From contig OZ241869.1 in NCBI GenBank assembly GCA_965202805.1, positions 3,956,863-4,020,862 of the forward strand: DNA of 64,000 nucleotides, given 5' to 3'. The translations under genes were made by a program, and so were the position numbers. Under the pieces are notes generated by a model that did not search any database, was not told the origin of the DNA, and saw nothing but the letters and a program-made list of their open reading frames with translations. Below are positions 1 through 9,383 of the stretch, one piece after another. Numbering within the stretch: the first letter of the stretch is position 1; each line of letters starts with the position of its first letter. Origin of the DNA: Longimicrobiales bacterium. Its GTDB lineage: Bacteria; Gemmatimonadota; Gemmatimonadetes; Longimicrobiales; Gaopeijiaceae.

Positions 1-573
1 CTGCGTGTCCCGAGGTGGTTCTCCGAAGGGTACGCGGAATGGGCCTCCGGGGGATGGAACGCGGCCGAGGGGTGGCGTCTGCGCGTCGCCATGGCGGGAG
101 GCCGCACGCCCCCGCTGGACTCGCTCGCCCTGCAGTGGCCCGCCGACCGGGCATCCGCGGAAATCGCCTACATGCTCTCCGCCACCGCCGTCGAATACCT
201 GGTGGCGTCCAGCGGCGAACGGGGGCTCGCCCTCTTCCTGTCCCGCTGGCGCGAGGGCAACTCTTTCGAGGCGGCGCTGCGTCGTACCTTCGGCGTCACC
301 AGCGGGCAGCTCGAGGAAGATTGGGGCCGATACGTGCGCCGGCGCTACGGCTGGCTCCTGGTGCTGTCCCAGTCGCTCGTCTTCTGGGCTTTTCTGGGGA
401 CCTTGCTGGCCGTCATGGTGGTCGTGCGCCGCCGCCGCGGACGCTGGCGCCTGGCGCGTCTGCGCGCCACCGAACTGCCGGATGATCCGGCCTTCTGGCT
501 TGACCCGCGCCCCCACGATCGGGATTTTGGAGATCATGGCAAGGAAGCGAACCAACCGCCGGGCAGCCCGTAG
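1..573 (+). CDS. Peptidase MA-like (gluzincin-type) domain protein, 5' partial, with C-terminal TM helix
   Basis: Frame 1 is open from base 1: LRVPRWFSEGYAEWASG matches the PxWFxEGxA motif of peptidase MA-like proteins; later AY..S, FE.AL...FG and W..Y motifs, then a hydrophobic anchor followed by RRRR. Confidence 0.7.
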   Translation: MRVPRWFSEGYAEWASGGWNAAEGWRLRVAMAGGRTPPLDSLALQWPADRASAEIAYMLSATAVEYLVASSGERGLALFLSRWREGNSFEAALRRTFGVTSGQLEEDWGRYVRRRYGWLLVLSQSLVFWAFLGTLLAVMVVVRRRRGRWRLARLRATELPDDPAFWLDPRPHDRDFGDHGKEANQPPGSP

Positions 574-763
574 CCGGGGCAGAAGCCGCAGCCGCGACGC
601 CGGCTCCCTGCGCTTTTCGCGCAAGAACGGCATTCTCGGCCTCGCCGGGCTGCTGGTCATCGTCCTGGGTTATGCCCTGCTCGCCCAGGGATCCATCACC
701 GCCGCTCCCCTGCTGCTGGTTCTGGGCTACCTGGTGCTCCTGCCCCTCGCGCTCGTCCTCTAG
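536..763 (+). CDS. Small membrane protein (DUF3098-like, 75 aa)
   Basis: ATG at 536 after GGAG; basic N-terminus, FSRKN motif and two hydrophobic segments (IVLGYALL, APLLLVLGY). Confidence 0.7.
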   Translation: MARKRTNRRAARSRGRSRSRDAGSLRFSRKNGILGLAGLLVIVLGYALLAQGSITAAPLLLVLGYLVLLPLALVL

Positions 764-988
764 AGCAGCCCGCGGACGAACTCTCCTCGGGCTTTCGAGC
801 GTCGTTGCCAGGGCTGAACCTCGTGCTCCATCATGCCGGCCCGCCAAGGGGCCACGCTGCGCCCAATTCGGTACCACCAACCCTGTCGGCGCCGACCCGC
901 TTCCCTCCACTGGACCGGTCCCCTCCTCTGGAGTACGATGTAGGAAGCTGACCTCGTGCCGCCGAAGCCCTCGGCGAGGAGGATGATC

Positions 989-1639
989 ATGTACCAGGTT
1001 CCGAATCCGTCGCCCGTCGCCCGCGTCCGTCTGACGGCCCGCGTCGCGTTGTCGATCCCGTTCCTCGTCCTCGGTCTCGCGGATGCGCGCCAGGCTGCGG
1101 CACAGGCTGAAGTGGTGGAGGGCCACGCGCCGTCGCGCCGCATCGAGTCGATCCGCCCGCGCACGGGTCCCGCGGGCACCCGCGTCAGCATCAACACCGG
1201 GGGGCTGCCCGCCATTACCCCGACCCGGATCGGGCTCGGCGCCGCCCAGTTCGGGTTCGAGGAGATCGGCCAGGAGCTGACCACGGAACGGGGCCGGATC
1301 GACATGGCCGTCACGGTTCCCGAGTGGGCGCACCTCGACCGGCCCACGGTGTTCATCGTCTTCGACTTCTACTTCCGGCCGCTTGCCCTCTCCAACTACT
1401 TCCACGCCACCGACGAAAACGGCATCCTGACCCGCCGGGGCCAGCTCATTCACGTGGGAGAGCCGTGCTCGGTGCTGTTCGGCGAGTTCGGCGACGTCTA
1501 CGCGCTGGAAGGCGAGGAGGGCGACTGGGAGATGGGCACCGAGGTGGTCGTCCAGGGCGTCCTGACCGAGAGTTCGCCGTGTCTGCACGAGACCACGATC
1601 TCGGTTCGAAGCATGCGGCCCGCGCGGAGCGGTTCGTAG
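989..1639 (+). CDS. Hypothetical exported protein
   Basis: GAGGAGG RBS upstream of ATG 989; signal-peptide-like N-terminus; C-terminal small beta domain with a Cys pair (GEPC...SPC). Confidence 0.7.
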   Translation: MYQVPNPSPVARVRLTARVALSIPFLVLGLADARQAAAQAEVVEGHAPSRRIESIRPRTGPAGTRVSINTGGLPAITPTRIGLGAAQFGFEEIGQELTTERGRIDMAVTVPEWAHLDRPTVFIVFDFYFRPLALSNYFHATDENGILTRRGQLIHVGEPCSVLFGEFGDVYALEGEEGDWEMGTEVVVQGVLTESSPCLHETTISVRSMRPARSGS

Positions 1640-1765
1640 TAGCCTCAAACTGATGTAGCGGCAGAGCGGGGACTCGCGATCCGGGCCCCGCTTACGCATT
1701 TCCGCCTGCATCCCGACGCGGGGCGCAGGCCGCCGATTCCCACACAATGCCCTGCGGAGGACCCC

Positions 1766-2602
1766 ATGAGACGCCTGCTCCTGGCTCTTGCCTTTGTCCT
1801 TCTGGTCCCCTCCACCGCGCTCGCCACCTGGTCGATCGTCGCCATCGACCTCAGCACCGGGCGCGTCGTGATCGCTTCCGCCACCTGCGCAGCGACCGGC
1901 CCCGACCAGCTCAAGCTGCTGCAGGCGGTGGTGGTGCCCGGCGTGGGCGTGGCCGCCGCCCAGGCGGGCGTGGACCGTACCCACGAGAACCAGAAGCTCA
2001 TCTTCGCGGAGCTGCAGAACGGCACCGATCCCGTCGAGATCATCCGCATGCTGGCGGATGATCCGGACATCGAGCGCCGGCAGTTCGGCATCATCGACAT
2101 GCAGGGCCGCACTGCGGGGCGCTCGGGCGAGGGCAACCGGCCCGTGTCGCTGGACATTCAGGGGCGCAGTGCGGACAACATCCTGTACTCGGTCCAGGGC
2201 AACATCATCGCGACCACCGAGGCGCTCACCGAGTCCGCGCGCATCATGCAGGAGGGCACGGACGACGTCATCGACCGGGTCATGCGCGCCATGGAGAGGG
2301 CCGACCAGCTGGGCGGCGACAGCCGCTGCACCTGCGACACCGAGCCCCTGCCCGAGGCCTACGCCGACTGCAACGGCAAGACCTCGCACGTCGCCTACAT
2401 CCTCGCCGCGGACCCGGAAAACACGCTGGGCGAGTTCGCCGACAACCATCCCGAGGACCTGCGCGCGCCCTACAACGACGGGGAGTACCACCTCTACATC
2501 TCCGCCATCCCGACGAACACGCTGCCCCACGAGGATGCCAATCCGGTGCGGACCCTGCGTATGCGGTATGATGCCTGGAGGGGGTCGTCCGGAGGAGGTT
2601 AG
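1766..2602 (+). CDS. DUF1028 family protein (Ntn-hydrolase superfamily) with signal peptide
   Basis: GGAGG RBS; signal peptide ending ALA, then TWSIVAID; RQFGIID, SVQGNI and GGDSRC motifs of DUF1028. Confidence 0.85.
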   Translation: MRRLLLALAFVLLVPSTALATWSIVAIDLSTGRVVIASATCAATGPDQLKLLQAVVVPGVGVAAAQAGVDRTHENQKLIFAELQNGTDPVEIIRMLADDPDIERRQFGIIDMQGRTAGRSGEGNRPVSLDIQGRSADNILYSVQGNIIATTEALTESARIMQEGTDDVIDRVMRAMERADQLGGDSRCTCDTEPLPEAYADCNGKTSHVAYILAADPENTLGEFADNHPEDLRAPYNDGEYHLYISAIPTNTLPHEDANPVRTLRMRYDAWRGSSGGG

Positions 2603-2632
2603 GTGGGCTTGGACGAGCGGAGGAAGTTCAAG

Positions 2633-2728
2633 TTAGGCAGGTGCTGAGCTCAGAGCGGTAGCTTGAAAACGCTCGAGCGCAGCCTGTAGGTCCTCCACGA
2701 TCTCAGCGGCCAGCACGTCCGGTTCAGC
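2633..2728 (-). pseudogene. Remnant C-terminus of type I R-M methyltransferase subunit (HsdM-like)
   Basis: Minus strand reads AEPDVLAAEIVEDLQAALERFQATALSSAPA*, resembling the EPDVLAAE.. terminal helix of EcoKI-type HsdM; no start and no rest of the gene. Confidence 0.6.
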
Positions 2729-2743
2729 GGCACCGGACACCGC

Positions 2744-3031
2744 TCATGCCGTCGCGAAGCGCTCGACCGCGATCTCCGCGGCGCGGGTGCGGGCCTGCCA
2801 CAGATCGTAGGCCATCTGCATCCCCAGCCAGGTCTCGGGCGTCGAGCCGAAGGCCTTTGACAGCCGGATCGCCATCTCCACCGAGACCCCCGTGCGCCCG
2901 TTGAGCAATTCCGAAAGCGCCTGCCGCGTGACGCCCAGCCCCTCGGCAGCCCGGGTCACCGTAAGGCCCAGCGGTTCCAGGCACTGCCGCCGAACGATGC
3001 CGCCCGGATGCGGCGGGTCGTGCATGGCCAT
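2744..3031 (-). CDS. higA: HigA family antitoxin (XRE HTH)
   Basis: PPHPGGIVR...LTVTRAAEGLGVTRQALSELLNG...EMAIRLSKAFGSTPETWLGMQMAYDLW. Confidence 0.93.
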   Translation of the reverse strand: MAMHDPPHPGGIVRRQCLEPLGLTVTRAAEGLGVTRQALSELLNGRTGVSVEMAIRLSKAFGSTPETWLGMQMAYDLWQARTRAAEIAVERFATA

Positions 3032-3040
3032 GATCGGTCC

Positions 3041-3225
3041 TCACCCTGCCGTCCCTTCAGGGCGTGCAGCCGGAAACCCGGCAGATCCATGCCCGCTGGT
3101 CCCGAACTGAAATCGAGCGCCGCCAGTATGTCCCGCAGCTTGCCCACATGCTCCGGCGCGACCCGCCGCAGCGTCCTGCCCTCGTAGAGCGCCTTCAGGC
3201 CCCGGTGGCGGAACGATGCGATCAT
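3041..3225 (-). pseudogene. higB: HigB (RelE/ParE family) toxin, C-terminally truncated
   Basis: MIASFRHRGLKALYEG...MDLPGFRLHALKG (58 aa) is HigB-like. The usual W-S-x-x-V..NWR..F.F...DYH end is missing, and an out-of-frame TGA plus RBS remnant precedes higA. Confidence 0.8.
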
Positions 3226-3241
3226 CGTCCAAGTCTAAGGC

Positions 3242-3260
3242 TGTCGCCCGTCAATCGACA
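3242..3260. promoter_or_regulatory. Candidate HigA operator (TGTCG-N9-CGACA inverted repeat)
   Basis: Short inverted repeat 16 bp upstream of the higB start. Confidence 0.35.
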
Positions 3261-3411
3261 ACTGGCGAAGCTGAAACCCAGTCGACTCGTGTTTGCGTTG
3301 CGCACGCGCACAGAAGCCGGGGTCCGGACCAGTGACCGTCTGCATGCTCGTGACGATGGGCGACTCGCGTACCGGGTGCAGCGGCTCGCGGCATCCAGTA
3401 AGTTCCAAGCA

Positions 3412-3486
3412 GGGCGCTTAGCTCAGCTGGTCGAGAGCGCCTGCCTTACAAGCAGGAGGTCGGCGGTTCGAATCCGTCAGCGCCCA
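3412..3486 (+). tRNA. tRNA-Val(TAC)
   Basis: Acceptor GGGCGCT/AGCGCCC+A, D arm GCTC..GAGC, anticodon stem CCTGC-CTTACAA-GCAGG, T loop GGTTCGAATCC; CCA not encoded. Confidence 0.96.
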
Positions 3487-3602
3487 TGGCCGGAGATGCC
3501 CGTGAGGTTCCGCAACCGCTCCATTCCATGTATCCTGTCCTGTCGTTCCGTCGGATGGGGCAGCCCGGCGGAGTCGGGTACACCCACAACGCAGGAGACG
3601 TA

Positions 3603-3899
3603 ATGAACAAGAAGGAAATGGCGGCCGCTCTCGCTCAGCAGGCCGATCTCTCCCAGGCGAAGGCAGCGGATGTGCTCAACTGCATCTTCGACACAGGCGC
3701 CGGATCGGGTATCATCGCCGGAGAACTCGACGCAGGTGGAAAGGTGACCGTCCCCGGATTCGGCACCTTCGGCGTCAAGATGCGCGCGGCGCGCACCGGG
3801 ACCAACCCGGCGACCGGCGAAAAGATCGCCATCGCCGCCAAGAGGTATGCATTCTTCAAGCCCGGCAAGCCGTTGCGGGACCGCGTAGCCGGGGGATAG
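3603..3899 (+). CDS. hup: HU family DNA-binding protein
   Basis: AGGAG RBS; MNKKEM...GFGTFGVKMRAARTGTNPATGEKIAIAA..FKPGKPLR. Confidence 0.95.
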   Translation: MNKKEMAAALAQQADLSQAKAADVLNCIFDTGAGSGIIAGELDAGGKVTVPGFGTFGVKMRAARTGTNPATGEKIAIAAKRYAFFKPGKPLRDRVAGG

Positions 3900-3914
3900 A
3901 TCGTCCACCGCAAC

Positions 3915-5480
3915 GTGAATCCCTCCGTCCCCTCGCCGGTCGAGTCCGCGGGCGATTCGCGCGCAAGCGGGCCGACCGCGAGCGGGGCCGTCCGATGGGC
4001 CAAGGTCATCGACCATTCCCGGTGCATCGGCTGTCATGCCTGCACCACCGCCTGCAAGTCCGAAAACGAAGTCCCGCTGGGCGTCACCCGCACCTACGTC
4101 AAGTACGTCGACGCCGGGGAGTTCCCGCGGACCCGGCGGGCGTTCCAGGTTACCCGTTGCAACCAGTGCGAGGACGCTCCCTGCGTCACCGCCTGTCCCA
4201 CCTCGGCCATGTTCCGCCGGTCGGACGGCATCGTGGACTTCGACAAGGCCGCGTGCATCGGCTGCAAGGCCTGCATCGCCGCCTGCCCCTACGACGCCAT
4301 CTTCATCAACCCTGAAGACCATTCGGCGGAGAAGTGCAACTTCTGCGCGCACCGGCTGGACATGGGGCTCGAGCCGGCGTGCGTGGTCGTGTGTCCCACG
4401 GAAGCGATCCTGGTCGGGGACCTGAGCGATCCGCTCGCCAAGGTGACCGAGATGGTGCACGAGGACGCGCTCACGGTTCGGCGTCCGGAGAAGGAGACCC
4501 GGCCGAAGCTCTTCTACAAGGACGCGCGCCAGGTGACGCTGGACCCGCTGGCGGCGGCACGGCCCGAGGGGGGGCTCTTCATGTGGAGCGAGCAGGGAAG
4601 CGGCGCCGACCAGGTGACGTCGGGCCACCCGGGGTCGAGCAACTCCTCCGCGGGCGCGATCCTCAGCTACGACGTACCCCACAGCGCTCCCTGGGACGCG
4701 CGCGTCAGCCTCTACACCTGGACGAAGTCGATTGCGGCCGGAGCCTATCTGGTGCCGCTGCTGCTCATCCTGTTCGGGGCGCTCTCCTGGACGGACCCGC
4801 TCTGGCTCTTCGGCGCGCCGCTGCTGGCGATGGTGTTTCTGGTGCTCACGACGGGCCTTCTGATCTGGGATCTGGAGCATCCCGGCCGCTTCCACTACAT
4901 CCTCCTGCGGCCGCAGTGGCGAAGTTGGCTGGTGCGCGGCGGGGTCGTGCTGGCCGGATTCGGGGCCGTGCTGGCGATCCATCTGGGGGCGGCCTGGACG
5001 GGGGCCTCCGGGGGCGTCCGCGTGCTGGCGCTGGCCGGAGGCCCGCTGGCCGCCATGACGGCGGTGTATACGGCCTACCTGTTCGCCCAGGCCAAGGCCC
5101 GCGACCTGTGGCAGAATCCCCTGCTTCCTCCTCACTTCCTGGTTCAGGCACTGCTCGCGGGAGCGGTCGCCGTCCATCCCCTGGCGGCGCCCGGGCTGCG
5201 TCCGTTGCTGGCGGGCGCGTTCGCGGCCCTCACCGCCGCTCACCTCCTGCTGATCCTGGGCGAGATCACCATCACGCACGGCACCGCGCACGCGCACCTG
5301 GCCGTCCGTGAGCTGACCCGGGGGCGCTTCGCCGCCTGGTTCCGGGCCGGCATCGTCCTGAGCGCGGTCGGGCTCGCCGCCCCCTGGATCGGGCTGCCGG
5401 CGCTGCTGGCCGGACTCGTTGGACTGCTCGCATACGAGCACGCCTACGTGCAGGCGGGACAGGCCGTCCCCCTGTCGTGA
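3915..5480 (+). CDS. Fused four-cluster [4Fe-4S] protein (NrfC/PsrB-like) + NrfD/PsrC-like membrane anchor
   Basis: Cys groups CIGCHACTTAC, CNQCEDAPCVTACP, CIGCKACIAACP and KCNFC...PACVVVCP, followed by a multi-TM region with DLEHPGRF...SWL.RG and YTAYLFAQAKARDLW. Confidence 0.9.
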   Translation: MNPSVPSPVESAGDSRASGPTASGAVRWAKVIDHSRCIGCHACTTACKSENEVPLGVTRTYVKYVDAGEFPRTRRAFQVTRCNQCEDAPCVTACPTSAMFRRSDGIVDFDKAACIGCKACIAACPYDAIFINPEDHSAEKCNFCAHRLDMGLEPACVVVCPTEAILVGDLSDPLAKVTEMVHEDALTVRRPEKETRPKLFYKDARQVTLDPLAAARPEGGLFMWSEQGSGADQVTSGHPGSSNSSAGAILSYDVPHSAPWDARVSLYTWTKSIAAGAYLVPLLLILFGALSWTDPLWLFGAPLLAMVFLVLTTGLLIWDLEHPGRFHYILLRPQWRSWLVRGGVVLAGFGAVLAIHLGAAWTGASGGVRVLALAGGPLAAMTAVYTAYLFAQAKARDLWQNPLLPPHFLVQALLAGAVAVHPLAAPGLRPLLAGAFAALTAAHLLLILGEITITHGTAHAHLAVRELTRGRFAAWFRAGIVLSAVGLAAPWIGLPALLAGLVGLLAYEHAYVQAGQAVPLS

Positions 5481-5519
5481 GGACCGGATCGTGAAGAACG
5501 GCGGCCACAGGATCGTGGC

Positions 5520-8450
5520 ATGAAGAACGGCGGCCGCGAGGAGCTGAAGCGCCTGAACGAGCGGGTGTCGGCCGCCCGCCGGGAAGCGGAGGCTCGGGGG
5601 GAGAGCTTCTACCCGGGGCCCAGCCGCGTACACCTGGCCTCGTTTCCGCCGAGAGAGCGCTGGGACGACTGGGTGGAACTCGACTCGCGCGCCTGGCCTC
5701 GGCGGGTCGAGAAGCGGTACATGCTGGTGCCGACCACCTGCTTCAACTGCGAGTCCGCCTGCGGGCTGCTGGCCTACGTGGACCGCGACACGCTCGAGGT
5801 GCGCAAGTTCGAGGGCAATCCCGAGCACCCGGGGTCGCGCGGCCGCAACTGCGCGAAAGGGCCGGCGACCGCCAACCAGATCACCGACCCGGACCGGATC
5901 TTGTACCCGCTGAAGCGCGCTGGCGAGCGGGGTTCCGGCCAGTGGACCCGGGTCGGCTGGGACGAGGCCCTGGACGACATCGCCGGACGCATTCGCCGGG
6001 CGCTCGAGGAGGGCCGGCAGAAGGAGATCATGTACCATGTGGGCCGCCCGGGAGAGGACGGCTTCACCGAGCGCATGCTGGCGGCGTGGGGCGTGGACGG
6101 GCACAACTCGCACACCAACATCTGCTCGTCGGGGGCGAGGGCCGGCTACCACCTCTGGATGGGGATGGACCGTCCCAGCCCAGACCACTCCCACGCGCGC
6201 GTCATCCTCCTGGTGTCGAGCCACCTGGAGACGGGGCACTACTTCAACCCGCACGCCCAGCGCATCATCGACGCCAAGGCCGGCGGGGCGAAGCTCGTCG
6301 TCCTCGACACCCGCCTCTCCAATACCGCAACGCACGCCGACCACTGGCTGTCCCCCTACCCGGGCTCGGAGGCCGCCATCTTCCTGTCCATCGCGCGCTG
6401 GCTGGTCGCGAACCGGCTCCACAACCGCGACTTCGTGCGCCGCTGGTGGAACTGGCGGGAGTTCATGGCCGAGGCGCACCCCGATCTTCCGCCCGACTTC
6501 GAGCGCTTCGAGGAACAGCTCGAGGAGATGTACGCCGAGTACACGTTCGACTACGCGGCGCGCGAGTCCGGGGTGGACGCGGGCGCGATCGAGGCGGTGG
6601 CACGCCTCGTGGCCGGGGCCGGGACCCGGCTCTCGACCCACAACTGGCGTAGCGCGGCGGCGGGCAACCTCGGCGGCTGGCAGGTGGCCCGCACCCTCTT
6701 CCTGCTCAACGCGCTGACGGGATCGGTCGCGACCGAGGGGGGCACCCATCCCAATTCGTGGAACAAGTTCGTGCCGCGCCCCATCCATCTGCCGCGCCAT
6801 CCCGATCACTGGAACGAGCTCACCTGGCCCGCCGAGTATCCGCTTGCGCTGATGGAGATGTCCTTCCTCCTGCCGCATCTCCAGAAGAGGAGCGGCGACT
6901 TCCTGGAGGTCTACTTCACGCGCGTGTACAACCCGGTCTGGACCAACCCGGACGGGTTCTCCTGGATCGAGATGCTGACCGATCCGGAGCGGGTCGGCCT
7001 GCACGTCGCCCTGACGCCGACCTGGAACGAGACCGCCCACTTCGCCGACTACGTGCTCCCGATGGGACTCGGCTCCGAGCGCCACGACGTGCACTCCTAT
7101 GAGCAGTACGCGGGCCAGTGGGTGGGCTTCCGGCAGCCCGTGCTGCGCGCCGCGCGCGAGCGCCTGGGCGAGAGCGTCTCCGACACCCGCGAGGCCAACC
7201 CCGGCGAGGTGTGGGAGGAGAACGAGTTCTGGATCGATCTCACCTGGCGCATCGATCCCGACGGCGACCTCGGCATCCGCTCGTTCTTCGAATCGCGCGC
7301 GCGCCCGGGGACGAAGCTCGGCATCGACGAGTACTACGGATGGATGTTCGAGAACTCCGTTCCGGGACTTCCCGAAGCCGCCGCCCGGGAGGGCATCACG
7401 CCCCTCGAGTACATGCGCCGGTACGGGGCCTTCGAGGTCGCGTCCAAAACGGGCGCGCTGCACGAGGACGCGGTTCCCGACGCGGAGCTCGACGACGTCC
7501 GGGTCGACGCGGACGGGCGCGCCTTCACCCGCGGCCCCGGGCCCGATTCCTCCAACGTGGTCCCGCTCCCCGTGCTCGACGGCGACGCGGACGGGCGCAG
7601 GCGGGCCGGGGTGGAAGTGGACGGCCGCATCGTCAGAGGCTTTCCCACGCCTTCGGGACGGCTGGAGTTCTGGTCGCGCACCCTCGCGGAGTGGGGCTGG
7701 CCCGAGCTGGCCACCCCCGGATACACGCGCAGTCACATCCACAGGGAGAACCTGGACGACGGCCAGATGGTGCTCATCTCGACCTTCCGGGTTCCGATCC
7801 AGATCCACACCCGCAGCGCCAACGCGAAGTGGCTCGACGAGATCGCCCATACCAACCCGCTCTGGATCCACCCGGACGATGCGCGGGGGATCGGCGTCGG
7901 CACCGGCGACCTGGTGCGGGTGGAAACCGAGATCGGTCATTTCGTGGTGCGTGCCTGGGTGACCGAGGGGATTCGCCCCGGGGTGGTCGCGTGCAGCCAC
8001 CACATGGGCCGCTGGAAGGTCACCGACCACGGCCAGAACCAGGCGATGGCCACCGTGGACCTGGAGCACGACGAGGACGGCTGGTCGCTCAGGCGCCGCA
8101 AGGGGGGTGGTCCGTACGAGTCGGCGGACGCCGACACCAGCCGCATCTGGTGGACCGACGTGGGCGTGCATCAGAACCTGACCTTCCCCGTCCATCCGGA
8201 CCCGATTTCCGGATCGCACTGCTGGCACCAGGCGGTGCGCGTGAGCGGGGCCCGCCCCGGGGACGCCTACGGCGACATCGCCGTCGACGCCGGCCTCTCC
8301 AGCCGGGTCTTCCGCACGTGGCTCGGCTACACGCGCCCGGCGGGGCGCGTCTCTCCCGACGGTACCCGGCGCCCCTACTGGATGCTCAGGCCGGTGCGCC
8401 CCTCGCGCGAAGCGTACCAGCTGCCCGCGGACGATCCCGCGCGAGGTTAG
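5520..8450 (+). CDS. Mo/W-bisPGD oxidoreductase catalytic subunit (Psr/Phs/Arr-related clade), no Tat signal
   Basis: CFNCESAC...RNCAKG FS0 motif; DRILYPLKR; HNSHTNICS (probable Cys ligand); DYVLP; C-terminal HTRS...LWIHPDDA cofactor-binding domain. Confidence 0.9.
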   Translation: MKNGGREELKRLNERVSAARREAEARGESFYPGPSRVHLASFPPRERWDDWVELDSRAWPRRVEKRYMLVPTTCFNCESACGLLAYVDRDTLEVRKFEGNPEHPGSRGRNCAKGPATANQITDPDRILYPLKRAGERGSGQWTRVGWDEALDDIAGRIRRALEEGRQKEIMYHVGRPGEDGFTERMLAAWGVDGHNSHTNICSSGARAGYHLWMGMDRPSPDHSHARVILLVSSHLETGHYFNPHAQRIIDAKAGGAKLVVLDTRLSNTATHADHWLSPYPGSEAAIFLSIARWLVANRLHNRDFVRRWWNWREFMAEAHPDLPPDFERFEEQLEEMYAEYTFDYAARESGVDAGAIEAVARLVAGAGTRLSTHNWRSAAAGNLGGWQVARTLFLLNALTGSVATEGGTHPNSWNKFVPRPIHLPRHPDHWNELTWPAEYPLALMEMSFLLPHLQKRSGDFLEVYFTRVYNPVWTNPDGFSWIEMLTDPERVGLHVALTPTWNETAHFADYVLPMGLGSERHDVHSYEQYAGQWVGFRQPVLRAARERLGESVSDTREANPGEVWEENEFWIDLTWRIDPDGDLGIRSFFESRARPGTKLGIDEYYGWMFENSVPGLPEAAAREGITPLEYMRRYGAFEVASKTGALHEDAVPDAELDDVRVDADGRAFTRGPGPDSSNVVPLPVLDGDADGRRRAGVEVDGRIVRGFPTPSGRLEFWSRTLAEWGWPELATPGYTRSHIHRENLDDGQMVLISTFRVPIQIHTRSANAKWLDEIAHTNPLWIHPDDARGIGVGTGDLVRVETEIGHFVVRAWVTEGIRPGVVACSHHMGRWKVTDHGQNQAMATVDLEHDEDGWSLRRRKGGGPYESADADTSRIWWTDVGVHQNLTFPVHPDPISGSHCWHQAVRVSGARPGDAYGDIAVDAGLSSRVFRTWLGYTRPAGRVSPDGTRRPYWMLRPVRPSREAYQLPADDPARG

Positions 8451-8456
8451 CAGCCC

Positions 8457-9383
8457 GTGGAGCTCATCCGCGCGCTGGCGACGCTGGCCGAGCCTCCGCA
8501 CCCCGCGCACGCTCCCATCGCCCGCGCCCTCGCGCTGCCGGATCTCCCGCGGCCCGCCGACCACACCGAGCTCTTCCTCTTCCAGCTGTACCCGTTCGCC
8601 TCGTTCCACGTGGGCGCGGACGGGATGCTGGGTGGCGAGGCCGCCGACCGGGTGGCGGGCTTCTGGCGCGCGCTGGGCAGGGAGGCTCCCGACGAGCCGG
8701 ATCACCTGACGGCGTTGCTGGGCCTGTACGCGGGGCTTGCGGACGCCGAAGCGCGCGAATCGGCCGGAGCGGGCCGGATTCTGCGCCGGGAGAGCCGCAA
8801 GGCCCTCCTCTGGGAACATCTGCTCTCCTGGCTTCCGCCCTGGCTGCACGCCGTATCCGAAATCGCTCCCCTCTTCTATCGGCGCTGGTCCCAACTCCTG
8901 CGCGCCGCCCTTTTCTCGGAGGCCGCGAAACTCGGGGCGCCGGACCGGCTGCCGCTGCACCTGCGCGAGGCGCCGCTCCTCGAAGACCCGCGCACCAGCG
9001 GGGGAGACGCCTTTCTGCGTCAGCTGACCGCGCCCGTGCGCACCGGCATGCTTCTCACGCGTGCGGACCTGGCGCGTTGCGCCGACGACCTGGGGCTCGG
9101 GCGGCGGGCGGGGGAACGCCGCTTCATCCTGAAGGCGCTGCTCTCCTCGAGTCCCGAGGCCGCCCTCGACTGGCTCGCCCGGGAGGCCGCGCGCTGGCGA
9201 GGAGTGCACGAGCGCTACCGGGCGGAGGCCGAAGTCGTTTCCCGCTTCTGGAAGTCCAGGGCGGACGCCGCCCACCGCCTTCTGGCCGAGCTGGCGCGTG
9301 ATGCCCGGGAGGGCGACCGGGCCGCCCCGTCCCCGCCCGGCGGGGAGCCGCCCGCCCGCCCGGCGGCGGCAGGCTCCAGTTGA
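8457..9383 (+). CDS. TorD/DmsD family redox-enzyme maturation chaperone
   Basis: EPDHL motif and EHLLSWLP; directly downstream of the molybdoenzyme. Confidence 0.85.
   Translation: MELIRALATLAEPPHPAHAPIARALALPDLPRPADHTELFLFQLYPFASFHVGADGMLGGEAADRVAGFWRALGREAPDEPDHLTALLGLYAGLADAEARESAGAGRILRRESRKALLWEHLLSWLPPWLHAVSEIAPLFYRRWSQLLRAALFSEAAKLGAPDRLPLHLREAPLLEDPRTSGGDAFLRQLTAPVRTGMLLTRADLARCADDLGLGRRAGERRFILKALLSSSPEAALDWLAREAARWRGVHERYRAEAEVVSRFWKSRADAAHRLLAELARDAREGDRAAPSPPGGEPPARPAAAGSS

Noticed and set aside
3412..3486. tRNA-Val as an integration site for the downstream operon
   Set aside because: No integrase and no duplicated tRNA 3' end found in the window.
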